A stretch of DNA of 64,000 bases, taken from positions 186,001 to 250,000 of the forward strand of contig MU058000.1 of the NCBI GenBank assembly GCA_013265495.1, read 5' to 3'. A program made the translations under genes and the position numbers. The notes beneath the pieces were generated by a model that had not been told where the DNA came from, searched no databases, and was given only the letters and a program-made list of their open reading frames with translations. Below, piece after piece: positions 10,958-21,989 of this stretch (positions within the stretch are counted from its first letter, which is position 1; the number at the start of each line of letters is the position of its first letter). This DNA is from Vicugna vicugna. Its lineage: Eukaryota.

Positions 10958-11408
10958 TAGATGAATCTATTTAAGAGTGAATTTAATGTATTGTAATCAC
11001 GTAGTTTGCTATTCACTGACCCAATCAAGAGATGCCTTAATTCAAGAAACTTGTAAATTTCTAAGGACAAGTCAGCTAGCATAAAAATTTAGGATATTTA
11101 AATTTTTCCTTTACCTTTTAAACCCAATCTAGATGATACTTTCATATTACTCTTACTTGCTCTCAAAAAAAAAAAATCTGTATTATTAGGTATAGAAGAG
11201 TTCTTTCTGCTTTGTTCAATGTTTCTTTAGCAGTTGTCTGTACAGACATACCAGTTCCACTGATGGTTTAAAAACCAATGAAATCATCAACCATTACTCT
11301 AAAATATTCACATACTTCTACAAACTATGCTGGATACTTCTCTAATATGACATTAGATTATGAATGAAAATTAGGTTCTTTAAACTCTAAGTAATTTATT
11401 GTAAGTTA
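10958..11408 (-). repeat. Right arm of the ~450-bp inverted duplication (partner 7967-8413)
   Basis: Reverse complement aligns colinearly to 7967-8413 at about 87% identity (hand count). Confidence 0.95.
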
Positions 11409-12313
11409 CCTAATCTGTGATTTTTGCAGAAATCACAGAATTCTGTAAGCAACTAAGATTGAATACTTGTTACTGAGATTACGTAGTATGACAATGTGAC
11501 ATAATATTTAATATTAAAGTTTTGTATAGGCTTTAGAGTTTACACTTACGTGTGTTATTAGGATAGTGCTTTATGGGTAGTCAATTTAATGGTTAGCATT
11601 ATGGTAGATTCGTTAGCATATGGAAAAGCAGCTCTTAAGAAACACTCCCAAATCTGTCCTTGTAAGAAATTAAGTCATACAGCAAAAACCACAAATTACA
11701 ATAGAAGTTGACTTGCTACAGTAATACACACATTCCTTCTGAATTACATGGACAATAAAAAAACTCTAGCTCTCTAAACCAATAAACAAGTATTTATAAA
11801 TTTTCATTATTTTTTCCCATAGCAGAATTTGTGCAAGTTTTTATTTTGTAAAAACTGGTTAATATAATAAAAATAAGTTAATCAATCTAGAGGAAAAAAA
11901 CAAATAACTCTGCAATAATCTAGAATTGCAAAAAGTCATTATCAGGGCACAACCTAATATATGTGAACAGAGGTAATATTAAGATCACAAGAGATATAAT
12001 CTCACAATTCTCCATAACACGTCTTATTAGTCTTCTATTATTTACATCTGGACAAAAGCAAATGAAATCTGCAATGCTAATTTTCTAAGGGGTAATTTTT
12101 ACCTTTGCACCAAGAGACATAAAAACATTCATACTTTTTTGATCCAGTAATTCCACTTGAAAGAATAATCAGCAATGTACAGAACTATAAATGTACAAAG
12201 ATTATCATTTTCTTGTTACTTATAATAACATTTTCTAAAGGACCTAATGTCTGGCAATAGATTAGATATCACTTCCTTTAAGAATCTGATAAACACTTCA
12301 CCCCAGAAATATA

Positions 12314-12478
12314 CAGTTGACCCCACAGGAATGTGGAATTTGTAGTCAGCCTTCCATATCCTCCACATGAGGATCCAACCAACCACAGGATCATGTAGTA
12401 CTAGAGTATTCACTACTGAAAAATATCCAGGTGTACGTGGACCCACAGTTCAAACTCCTGTTGTTTAAGGGTCAACAA
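12314..12478. mobile_element. Tigger2/MER8-like internally deleted DNA transposon
   Basis: TA|CAGTTGACCC ... 'gtggacccacagttcaaactcctgttgtttaagggtcaacaa'|TA; terminal inverted repeats with TA target duplication. Confidence 0.8.
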
Positions 12479-12959
12479 TACACATTTGTTTTGTCCCTAT
12501 AACACATACATGTACATGCACACATACACACACACACTGAATATGATATAAAAACTGCACTGTCATCTAAGTCTGAAAACTATTAAAGGAGTCAACAACA
12601 ATTTCATACTGTATAGGAATGACTTTTAGGTTGATGAAAGGAAGAGAGCACAAAGTTTTCAGAGAAGAGAAAAAATGCAGCACACTTAATTACTGAAACT
12701 GAAATGCTTCATCTAAATAACTTAGAGAACAAAATTCAAAAATTGAAGGTTACGAAGATGCTTATATACCACCCACAGTGTTTATTCATCTGTTCATCTA
12801 TTCACTCTTCACAGTAAAGAAAACACTACGATATCAGTTTCTACACATGATTCAGTGGCTGTGAAGATCAGCGAGTGAAGCTCTTAGAAGGCTGATCTTT
12901 GATTTGAGGCTCTAACTGTGACAAAACCTGAAGCATTTTGTATTTCTTTCATTCCACAG

Positions 12960-13280
12960 AAGCACAAAGTACAATGTTCATTTACTCAGGCAATTCAATT
13001 CCAAAAACATACCTACTATGTGCCAGATTTAGGTGCCAGATGTACAAAGATGAATAAACACAGAGCCTATATTTCAGGGAGCTCACCATTTTAAGAATTC
13101 ATAAAAAATTATTTCTAACGGCTAGAATGTAACCTGCATAAGGACAGGAATGTTTGCCTGTTTTGCCCAGTGATATATCCTCAGTACCTGGAACAATCTC
13201 ACAATTACTAAAAGAGAGAGGCAAAATTTGAAGCAAAGTTTATCTGACTACAAAACCCATATTCTTAGCCAATATGTTAT
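12960..13280. mobile_element. Cluster of L2 3'-end fragments and a MIR piece
   Basis: 'acctactatgtgccag', 'ctagaatgtaacctgcataaggacaggaatgtttgcctgttttg', 'aaatttgaagcaaagtttatctgactacaaaaccc'. Confidence 0.6.
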
Positions 13281-13384
13281 CTGACTAGCCTGTATTGACT
13301 GTATAACAAACTTCTGATTAAAAATTGGCTTTTTCTAAAATATATAAGTTATACACCTGAAACACAACAGCAGGGACACTTTAC

Positions 13385-13970
13385 ATAATAATGAACACAG
13401 GAAAGTCAGAAAAATAACAAGAACAGACACAATGACCACTAGTATTCAGGACTTTTTTTAGTCTTCTATATATGTATGTATCTCTAAATAATATATTGTT
13501 TCCTTTTCCCTTTAAAATTTGATGAATATATTTATGCTGTATTTTCTGTGCCTTGCTTTTCTTACTCAGCTTTATACTTGACACTACCATGCTGGTGAGT
13601 TGATACAATGTGTTCATTTTAACTTTATGAGTATGAATACACCAGTTTTTAAATTCTTCTATAGGTGAAAAATGTCAGCTATTTTCAATTTGTTCGGCAG
13701 TTACAAGTGGTGGCTCCTTATGTGCATCATCTCCGAGGTTAGGTGTGCAAGGGTTTCTCCTGGGTGTACACCTAGGGGAGGAACCGCCCAGACACGTAGC
13801 CAGCACACATTCAGCTTTTTAAAACAATGCTGTTACTTTCCACTGTTCCTGTATTTATAAATTGGTATTATACATATGTTCTAAAAATGGATGAAAGTTC
13901 CATTGCTATCGTCCTCACATCATTTCTTATTATATATTTAAAATTTTCTTTAATTTTGCTAATCTTAAAA
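13385..13970 (-). mobile_element. Old L1ME-like fragment, antisense
   Basis: 'ttgcttttcttactcagc', 'acacctaggggaggaaccgcc', 'gaaagttccattgct..cctcac' are reverse complements of L1 3' motifs. Confidence 0.65.
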
Positions 13971-14079
13971 AAAAGAAACTAGCTTCCTCTACAACTTTCC
14001 TCTAGAGAGATGACACGTATTGGCACAAGAGGTCTGCTATATTAACAATAATACCTTTCATTGCAGAAGTTTCATTGTA

Positions 14080-14532
14080 AAGTCTCCCATCAGTATTAAG
14101 GTACAAATCTACTCATATCCCCCTCCTGCTTAAAGCATGAAAGACATCACAGGGGATCTACGTTCAAGCCAATACTCCATGCGCAGCTCACAAGCTCCCC
14201 TGGACCTGCTACTAGTTCCTGCCTGCTTCTCCAGCCTCTTCTGTCACCACCCTTTCTCGCTCCCTCTCACGACTGCGAGTGCCAAACTGAACCTCCTCCA
14301 GTTCCTCCAGTGAAACTTCCAAGCTTAACCATCATTGAGTCTCCACCATACCCCTGCCCCCATACCTGGACAAGCAGAACTTCCCACTATGTGCTCTCAC
14401 GGACCAGCTGGACTGTAGAATTTACGAAGTTGGGGATACATCGACCTCAGACCTCATTCATCACTGTATCTCCTTTGTTTAGCTCCCTGTTTGGTCCAAA
14501 TTAAGTCCTCAATAAATATTTCAATGGATGAT
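14080..14532 (+). mobile_element. L2 3' fragment
   Basis: 'ccctcctgcttaaag', 'cttctccagcctc', ends 'ctcaataaatatttcaatggatga'. Confidence 0.65.
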
Positions 14533-17196
14533 TATATGTTCCTAGTTAAAATAAATCTACTCCTTATGAGAGGCATCCTTTACTGGTGCAAAAAAAATCT
14601 GAATCCACAAGTCTAAGTATCAGACCGTGGACTACGGTGAATTTACAAAGGTCGAGGGCTACCCACAGAGCCCTCTTGAGTCAAGAGTCTTCCCTGCGTA
14701 TGTATGTCTACGACAGGAGGGGCCCGTGCCACGTATGTCCTCTTCAATATTTGAAATACTAACAGCTTCCCAGGCTGGAGATCTGCGTACAAAGGAGGCA
14801 AGAGATGAGGCAGAGAAACGTGTGTTACGAGGGGCCCCGTGTGCTGCATTACCCAGTTCAGGCTCTGCCCTCACAGGAAATGGCAACCCTGCAAGAGTAA
14901 CACTTGGGCAAGTTATGACTAATTTAGTGTTTCCAATGAACTTCTTAGGATGCTTTATGGAGAAAAAAGTGTTGAGAAACAAGGCTTCTTACTGGAAACT
15001 CCTGGTACCAACTTCTACTTTATATTGACTACATTCTTATAAATGAGTGAATCCTTCAGGTTTTCCTCCTGGGAATATTTTTTTGGATTTTGAAGTCAGA
15101 GGTTCCTGAAGGGCGATTCTGGGAAGGAAATTTTAAAGCATGAAAATGTTCTCCAAGAATATTTAGGACTATTTTTAAAGATTTGAAAATGGCAGTAACA
15201 TCAGTATAGATGTTCCATGAAGACACAAACAGAAAAGCAGTGTACTTTGTGTGACTTTTCAGTATTTCATATTTTCTCAGTTGGTGGGTTATGCCTGATA
15301 GGTATTTTCTCCAGACTGTATAGATTAGAAAATAGAACTAAAGTTGCCATTCTCCCTTTATCCTGGCTATCATTTCTTCCTAATTTCTAGTTCAGACAAG
15401 CTAACTTCATATGCTTATTTATCTCTTATGTATTTTTCTTTTATTCCTACCTTTCCATCTTCTCCTACAAAACCTTACATGTTTTTTTTTTCTTTCCCTC
15501 TTTCCATAGCTACCATCTTGGTCCATCACGATATCTAGATTGTAATAAAAGCCTTAAGTTTTTAATCTAAATCTTCCCTCTTCTCCAGTATAGCCCCAAC
15601 AGAGCCAACATGGAAATCTCCCTTATACAAATTTCATAACAGTTTTCCTCTAAGATAAGAACCACCAGCAGCTTACCACAGCTTAGCTTATCAGTCTGCA
15701 CTGGAGTTAATATTCTTGGTGTGTCATTAATATATGACCTGCTCCCAAGCCATCAGCCCCTCAAATTCTTAACTTAGTATTTTCTAAGTATCTCCTCTTT
15801 TCTTAGAAGCTGATTTCCTCTGACCCATCCTAGCTACCTATAATGCCAACCCCTCAATAGCCTTAATATTCCTGGTTTTATTTCTTACAACTGATCAGTT
15901 ACTCGGTCTGTAAATGAAAATTCATTACCATGTTCTCTTTGGAACTGATACTCAATTATAGATGAGACATTTGCTAATTGAATTTCCCTTTGATTTGGTC
16001 CTAGAATCGACATGACACAGTGAATCCAATACACAGTACATTACAGGAAGATCTGACATCATCCCTGTCTCTGTGTGCTCCCTCTTCCCTCCCCAGAATT
16101 TCAACTCCACTAGAAAAAAAAGAAATATTAGGCCTTTCCACTATCATCCACAGCGCCCAAACATGGCTTTCTTATTGTGCTCATTAAATTGTTAGTCTCT
16201 GAAACTAAAATTTAAGAGTCTGAAGGCAAGAACAGTGTCTAATCATTATATTCAGAGAAACAATGATGCCACACACTGATAATGACTGATAGTGGTAGGC
16301 TATCAATAAATTAATTAATCTATCCATTTACTGAGTATCCATCATGCGTCAGACATTGAGATAATGCAGATTTGTCAGTAAACAAACAAAAAATTTAATT
16401 CTAGGATCTCCTAAGTAAAGTGCATCTTTGTAGCTCTACTACTTATTGCTACTGATTTGTCCTGTTTTCTGAAACATCTATGGCTCTGACTGTCTTCCAC
16501 CTTCATGATGTGATGTTACTCCACAGATGGGAGACAGATGTATGTATGGTAGTCAGTGACAGCTTGCTAGATGAGCACATGGAACGTGACCTACTCAAAC
16601 AGTTAAGAATGCTACTGCACAGCCTAACACCCAGCCCCACCTCACTTCCCAGCATCACAGCTCTCCAGGAACGCAGGTCATGTTTTATAGCATGAAGACA
16701 TAGTCCCTCCCTCTTATTTTTTATATGCAGTTATCACCTCGTGCCAGTCCTTACTCCAAAATGAGTCTTATTTCATGCTTTTTTCCTTTTTCTATTGTTG
16801 CCTCCCGGCTTTGTTCCCCACAACCTCTTCCTCTTCTCGTGTTCTCTTTGCCAGGGAGGAGCACTGCACACAGTCTTTCGGTTCTGCATGCCCAAAAGAT
16901 ACCCCTCACTATAATCTACCACAGGGTCCCTCGGATTTAAACTCTCAAATCCAGCTGCATCTCACCATTTCCATTACCACTATTCCAAGCTAATATTATA
17001 TCTCCTCTGAGACTAGAATAGCCACTTTTAAGTGGCTTCCTCATTTCCATTTTCTGCTCCCAGCTCTTCTCCATGTTCAGTCAGGATTATTCTTTCAAAA
17101 CACAGATCTGACCATTTGTCCCAAACCTGCCTGAAACCCAGCAATGGACTGTCAGGGCTGTTAGAATAAAACCTGCTTAACACGGTCTATCCTTCC

Positions 17197-17704
17197 TGTA
17201 GTAGGCAGAATAACAGCCTCCCAAAGATGTCCACAACTTAATCCCGGGAACTTGGGACAATGTTCAGTTCCATGGCAAGGGGAAGGTAAGTTTCCAGGTG
17301 GAGGTATGGTTGTTAATAAGCATGACATTAAAATAAGCACATTAGCCTGGGTCACCCAGGTGGACCCAGTGTAATTAGAGGTCCTCAGAAGTAGAAGAGG
17401 GAAGCAGAAGAGGGAGGAAAGGAGGTGAGAGCACAGCAGCAAGGCTGTCAGAGGAACGGAACGTGAGGAGCAGTCAACCCGCTCTTGGGGCCAGAAGCCA
17501 TGGACTGTGGGCTGCCTCTAGAAAACAGATGAGCGAGAAAACAGATTCTCCCCTCGAACCTTCCGAAAGGAATACAGCCCTGTCAACACCTTGATTTCAG
17601 CTTATTTGGACCTCCAGAATCTAAATTTACAGAAATAAATTTGTATTGCTTAAGCAGCGAAGTTTGTGGTAACTTGGGACAGCAGTAACAGGAGACCAGC
17701 GTCA
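17197..17704 (+). mobile_element. MLT1D-like MaLR solo LTR inserted into an L2
   Basis: TG..CA termini; 'tgtagtaggcagaataacagcctcccaaagatgtccac', 'acagattctcccctcgaacc', 'aataaatttgtattgcttaagc'; flanks cttcc/cttca as a degenerate 5-bp TSD; L2-like sequence on both sides. Confidence 0.85.
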
Positions 17705-17970
17705 CTTCACAAAACTCGTCCACCTACTCCTTCCTCAGCAATGCCACGCTGTCTGCTGCCACAGGCCTTGAGAGTATTTGTCACACACATTCGTGTAATC
17801 TTAATAATATCACGTCCCTAACTAGATGGTAAATCCAGTGTAATTACAGTGTCTACATTTTGTTCACCATCCTGTTGCAAGCTCTGAGCCCAGAGCACAA
17901 CAGAGAGTAGGCTAAATACGAATTTGCTGAATGCATGCATCCAAGCATACGTGCACCACAAACCTCTGAG

Positions 17971-17989
17971 TATTGCCCTCTAGTGGACT
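17971..17989 (-). promoter_or_regulatory. CTCF-motif match
   Basis: Minus strand AGTCCACTAGAGGGCAATA fits the core consensus CCASYAGRKGGCR at every position. Binding is not demonstrated. Confidence 0.55.
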
Positions 17990-18564
17990 GTCGCCCCAGG
18001 GTTTCTCTCGAACACATCCTGTACACCAACCCTGGAAACAGTCTCCTAAACTACCAAACACATAATTCTTCAATTTAGGAGTTCACCATGTCTCACTAAC
18101 TGTTATGGATCAAGGTCACTTAGAAGGGTGCACATTAGTGAAGCAACTACTATTCCCCTTTTCTCTGCTTCTTTGCTGAGGTAAGTGGATTTAGACAATT
18201 TAGTTAATCTCCCTGGGCTTCAGGTTCTTCACTCTTAAATCACAATAATCTCACGGAGGGTGGAAGTCTGGACAAGGGATACATGACTCAGTAATTTCCA
18301 AAGTGTGTATTACAGGCTGTCTGTTTTATGTCCCAACCTTCCCTTCATTCCATGTATAAATTCTATAAAGTCAAGGGCTGTGTTTGCTTTTGTGCCTATC
18401 CCATGGCCAACACGGTGTCCATTGCAGACATTCAGAAAATATTTTCTAAATGCATGAAGGCAATCAATAAATATTTGCTAAACATCTGAAGAAAATATCC
18501 TGCATAGGAAATCTTATATTTCTATCAGATCAGTCTCTGCACTGTTTAATATGCTTATCTTCCT

Positions 18565-19074
18565 TGTAGTGGGTGAAGGGTGGCCCCCAAAGGATATCAA
18601 GATCTGAGCCCCAGAAGCTGTGAATGTCACCTTACACAGCAATGTTTTTGCAGATGTGATTAAGTTGAGGATTTTGCAATGAGGGGATTATACAGGATTA
18701 TCCAGATGTAATTGAGTTAAAGATTTTGAGATGAGGAAATTATCCTGGATTATCCAGGTGGGCCCAAAACATCATCACAAATGTCCTTATAAAAGAAAGG
18801 CAGAAGAAGATGAGACACACACAGAAGAAGAGGAGACAATGTGATGACAGACACAGAAATAAGAAGAAAAACAAAAAAATGCCAGCAGCCATCAGAAGCT
18901 CAGAGAAGCAAGGAACGGATTCTCTCTTAGAGCTCGCAGAGGGAATGAGGCCCTGCTAACGCCTTAATTTCAGATCAGACTTCCAGCCTCCAAAACTATG
19001 AAATAATAAATTTCTGTTACTGTAAGCCAGCAGCTTTATGGTAATCTGTTACAGCAACCACAGGAACTAATATA
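18565..19074 (+). mobile_element. MLT1B/C-like MaLR solo LTR with an internal 52-bp tandem duplication
   Basis: 'tgtagtgggtgaagggtggccccc', 'agcaaggaacggattctctcttagag', 'acagcaaccacaggaactaatata'. Confidence 0.85.
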
Positions 19075-19369
19075 TTCTCCTTTGGATTTCTGATCATGTC
19101 CTTGTTGAAATGCCCTTCTTCCTTCTCTTCATGTGTCTGTAATGTTCAGTAAGTAAGTAACAGTAAAGAGCTAAATCATATAATTCCTTCAAGTGTTATT
19201 TCTTCCATAAAGTATTCTCTGAATACTTCAGACCATGTAAATCTATCTCATCTGTGTCTAGAGACAATAAATCCGATAAAATTTCACAGTCTGGAACTTT
19301 GTATACCCACTGATAATTCTTCTCATTATCCTAAGGAAGCAACTTGGTATTTAATTTTTTCTGTGCACA

Positions 19370-19690
19370 AAGCCCTATTTACAAGCAGAAAAGGCCTGGA
19401 ATGCTTTCTTCCCAGATGCCTACAGGGTTTCATGTGTCTCTTCTCTGATGTTTGCTCCACTGACATCTTATCAGAGAAGCCGTATCTGACCACCCAATCC
19501 AAAAATACTCCTCCTCCCTATCTTTCAACTTCCTTACCCTATTTTATTTTTCTCTATAACACTTTTCATACCACCTGTTATAATTTTTGTTTATGATGTC
19601 TCTTCCCCTTCCACAATAAAACAAGAGGGTAGGGACAGTGATTGGCACATAGTAGGAACTCAAATATTTATTGAATGACTGAATGAAAGG
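19370..19690 (+). mobile_element. L2a-like 3' end
   Basis: 'gcctggaatgctttcttcccagat', 'tcagagaagcc..tctgaccaccc', 'tggcacatagtaggaactcaaatatttattgaatgactgaatgaa'. Confidence 0.8.
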
Positions 19691-21218
19691 AAATGCATAA
19701 AATTAACATTTCTATTAGCTTCATGAGACTAAGTAGTTGACTGAAATGGTAGCTCCTAATATACGAAGTACTATCTTTGAATTCAACCAACGCCCAGAAT
19801 TTCAACTCCAGTAGTCCCTTTATTCAGCTTCTTCTAAGGTCAACAACCCATTGCAAAACCACTTAGAGGTTAAAAAAAAAAAAAAACAGTCCTTTTCTCT
19901 TATCATTCCACTATGTGGAAGCTCTGAAAGTTGAGAAGAGAAGAAAGAAATGATGGAACGCAGGGCCACAATTCTGTAATGCATGGATGGTTGGTTATCA
20001 TCTATGAACAAGGCCCAGAATTGACAAACCAACCACTTAACAAGTGTACTATGTTAAAAGATCATATTGAACCAAAGAACCAAATCTGTGTTAAAATCAG
20101 ACTTGTTTATCTATTTCTCTAAATCGGATTTAAATTCATTTTATCTTGAAATAATCAAAATGTTTCTGATTATGAAGTTAAGTGTACAAAAATAAGTCAC
20201 ATAGTACTCATTCTGGCAGATACATAAAAGATACAGTTCGGAAGCTGAGTTCAGACAAAATTATGCAAAGGCTAACAAACATATGGGATAAGTTACCAGG
20301 AAAGAACTGCTAAAGCAAAAAACACCAATATGTTCCATTAAGAGCAAAAAGGGTGTTTACATATAATTCAGATGAAGGATGTGGGAGAAGAGTAAAATAC
20401 AAGTTTAAGAGAACTGGAATTCTCCCCAACAGTGTGTGCCTGAGGTAAACTCATTGTCTTTATTATAATTGAAAGACAATAATGTACTCTATGCTCGTCT
20501 TAAATATGTTTATGGTTCACATTTATTTAGATCCCTTATAATGAAAATCAGTGGACCACCCAGATCTTTTTGTTCTAATGTAATTTGTCAAAAATTAACA
20601 TATTACTGGAAGTAATATTCTTATTTGTATGTCTTAGCAACAGTGATTACCATCTTTCAATAATAACTAGCTTTACCTTGTGAGGTAAAAAAGAGGAGTT
20701 GAGAAGATAATGCACTTGCCCACTCCTTTGAGTAGAACTATAAGCTTATATGGAGCCATAGATGTTTTGATGGAGAGGTGTGTTCTTAGACTGGAACAGG
20801 TAAGAAGAACTGGTAGTAATTACCAGATGCTGACGGAACCAAGGGACAAACAACAAAGTTTAACTCAATCTCTTTAACTACAAAGGCAAATAACATGTAA
20901 TCAAATACTTTCTTATAGAAAGTGACTTTTCCATGGACTGAGACCAACAAAAGCATTTGCTGCATAAATTTTATAAAAATCTTAATAACAAAGCATTGTT
21001 TCTAACCACTGTCCTTTGGAATATGGAAACATCTTTGTTATTTTACTTTGAAAGGGTATTTACAGTAACAGATTTTTATTTCAAAAGCGATAATCTATGA
21101 TTAATCAGTTCAACTGGTTAGACCACAGTGCAAATAAATCTAAGTATAATTCAGGAGGTACCCTCATCTTCCTTTTCTAGATTACAATGTATGTCATTAG
21201 TGATAGGTGGGCTCAAAC

Positions 21219-21813
21219 TGTTAGAGCAGGCAGATAGCTAGATATGAGCAGAGAAAGTGAGGCATGGGCCATGTGGCAGGAAACAATACATCTTGTGAAC
21301 AACAGGGGTCCTCAGGCCGACAAACAAAAGCAGGAACCTTAACACTGACAGAAAGTCACGTATCTTGAGGTGACAGGGGTCCTGGAAGCAGACAAAGAAA
21401 GGTGAGAGAAGGCAGGAATCTCCAGTATCTAAATGCAATCTTTTGCTCATTATGCTGTCACCACAATAAAATTAGCACTGCAGTTAAGAAGTATCCATCA
21501 TGCATTGATGCCATGACACTTCTGATCAAGACTAACTCAGGACAAAAATCTCTCCTCCCCTTGGGAAGGTGAAGCTAGGATGAAAATCAGGAAATACAAC
21601 CCCAAACCCCTCCCTCCCCAATGAATATTCTGCCCATTCATTTTTACACCCCATACAAACAGCTTGCCAAAGAAACTCATGGCAGCTACTCACCTGCCTG
21701 GTCTCCCCTTGAGAGCACACTAGAGCTTAATAAATCTTCCCTTTGCTTTCTTGACCTCTGTGTCTCATCTGTATTCTTTCTGTGACAAGACAAGAACCTA
21801 TTCCTTGGTAATA
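21219..21813 (+). mobile_element. ERV solo LTR (ERVL MER54/MER74-like)
   Basis: Starts 'tgttagagcaggcagatagctagatatgagcag'; AATAAA near 21729; ends 'gacaagacaagaacc..ggtaata'; 'aaac' on both flanks. Confidence 0.7.
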
Positions 21814-21989
21814 AAACCAGAGATGGAGGATAAACTTTTTTTTTTAATAATCTACCATCATTATTCCTTTAAAAAAATCATGAACTATTAGTAGAGGATA
21901 AAGACCATTGCATTCACATATGGAGGACAGTATATTCATATTATTTTACTATCTCATCTACTAATTCTTCAAGCTACTATAAAGGGATC

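Noticed and set aside
7967..11408. DNA transposon with long terminal inverted repeats
   Set aside because: No target-site duplication seen, outer ends are the least similar part, and the spacer has no transposase-like frame.
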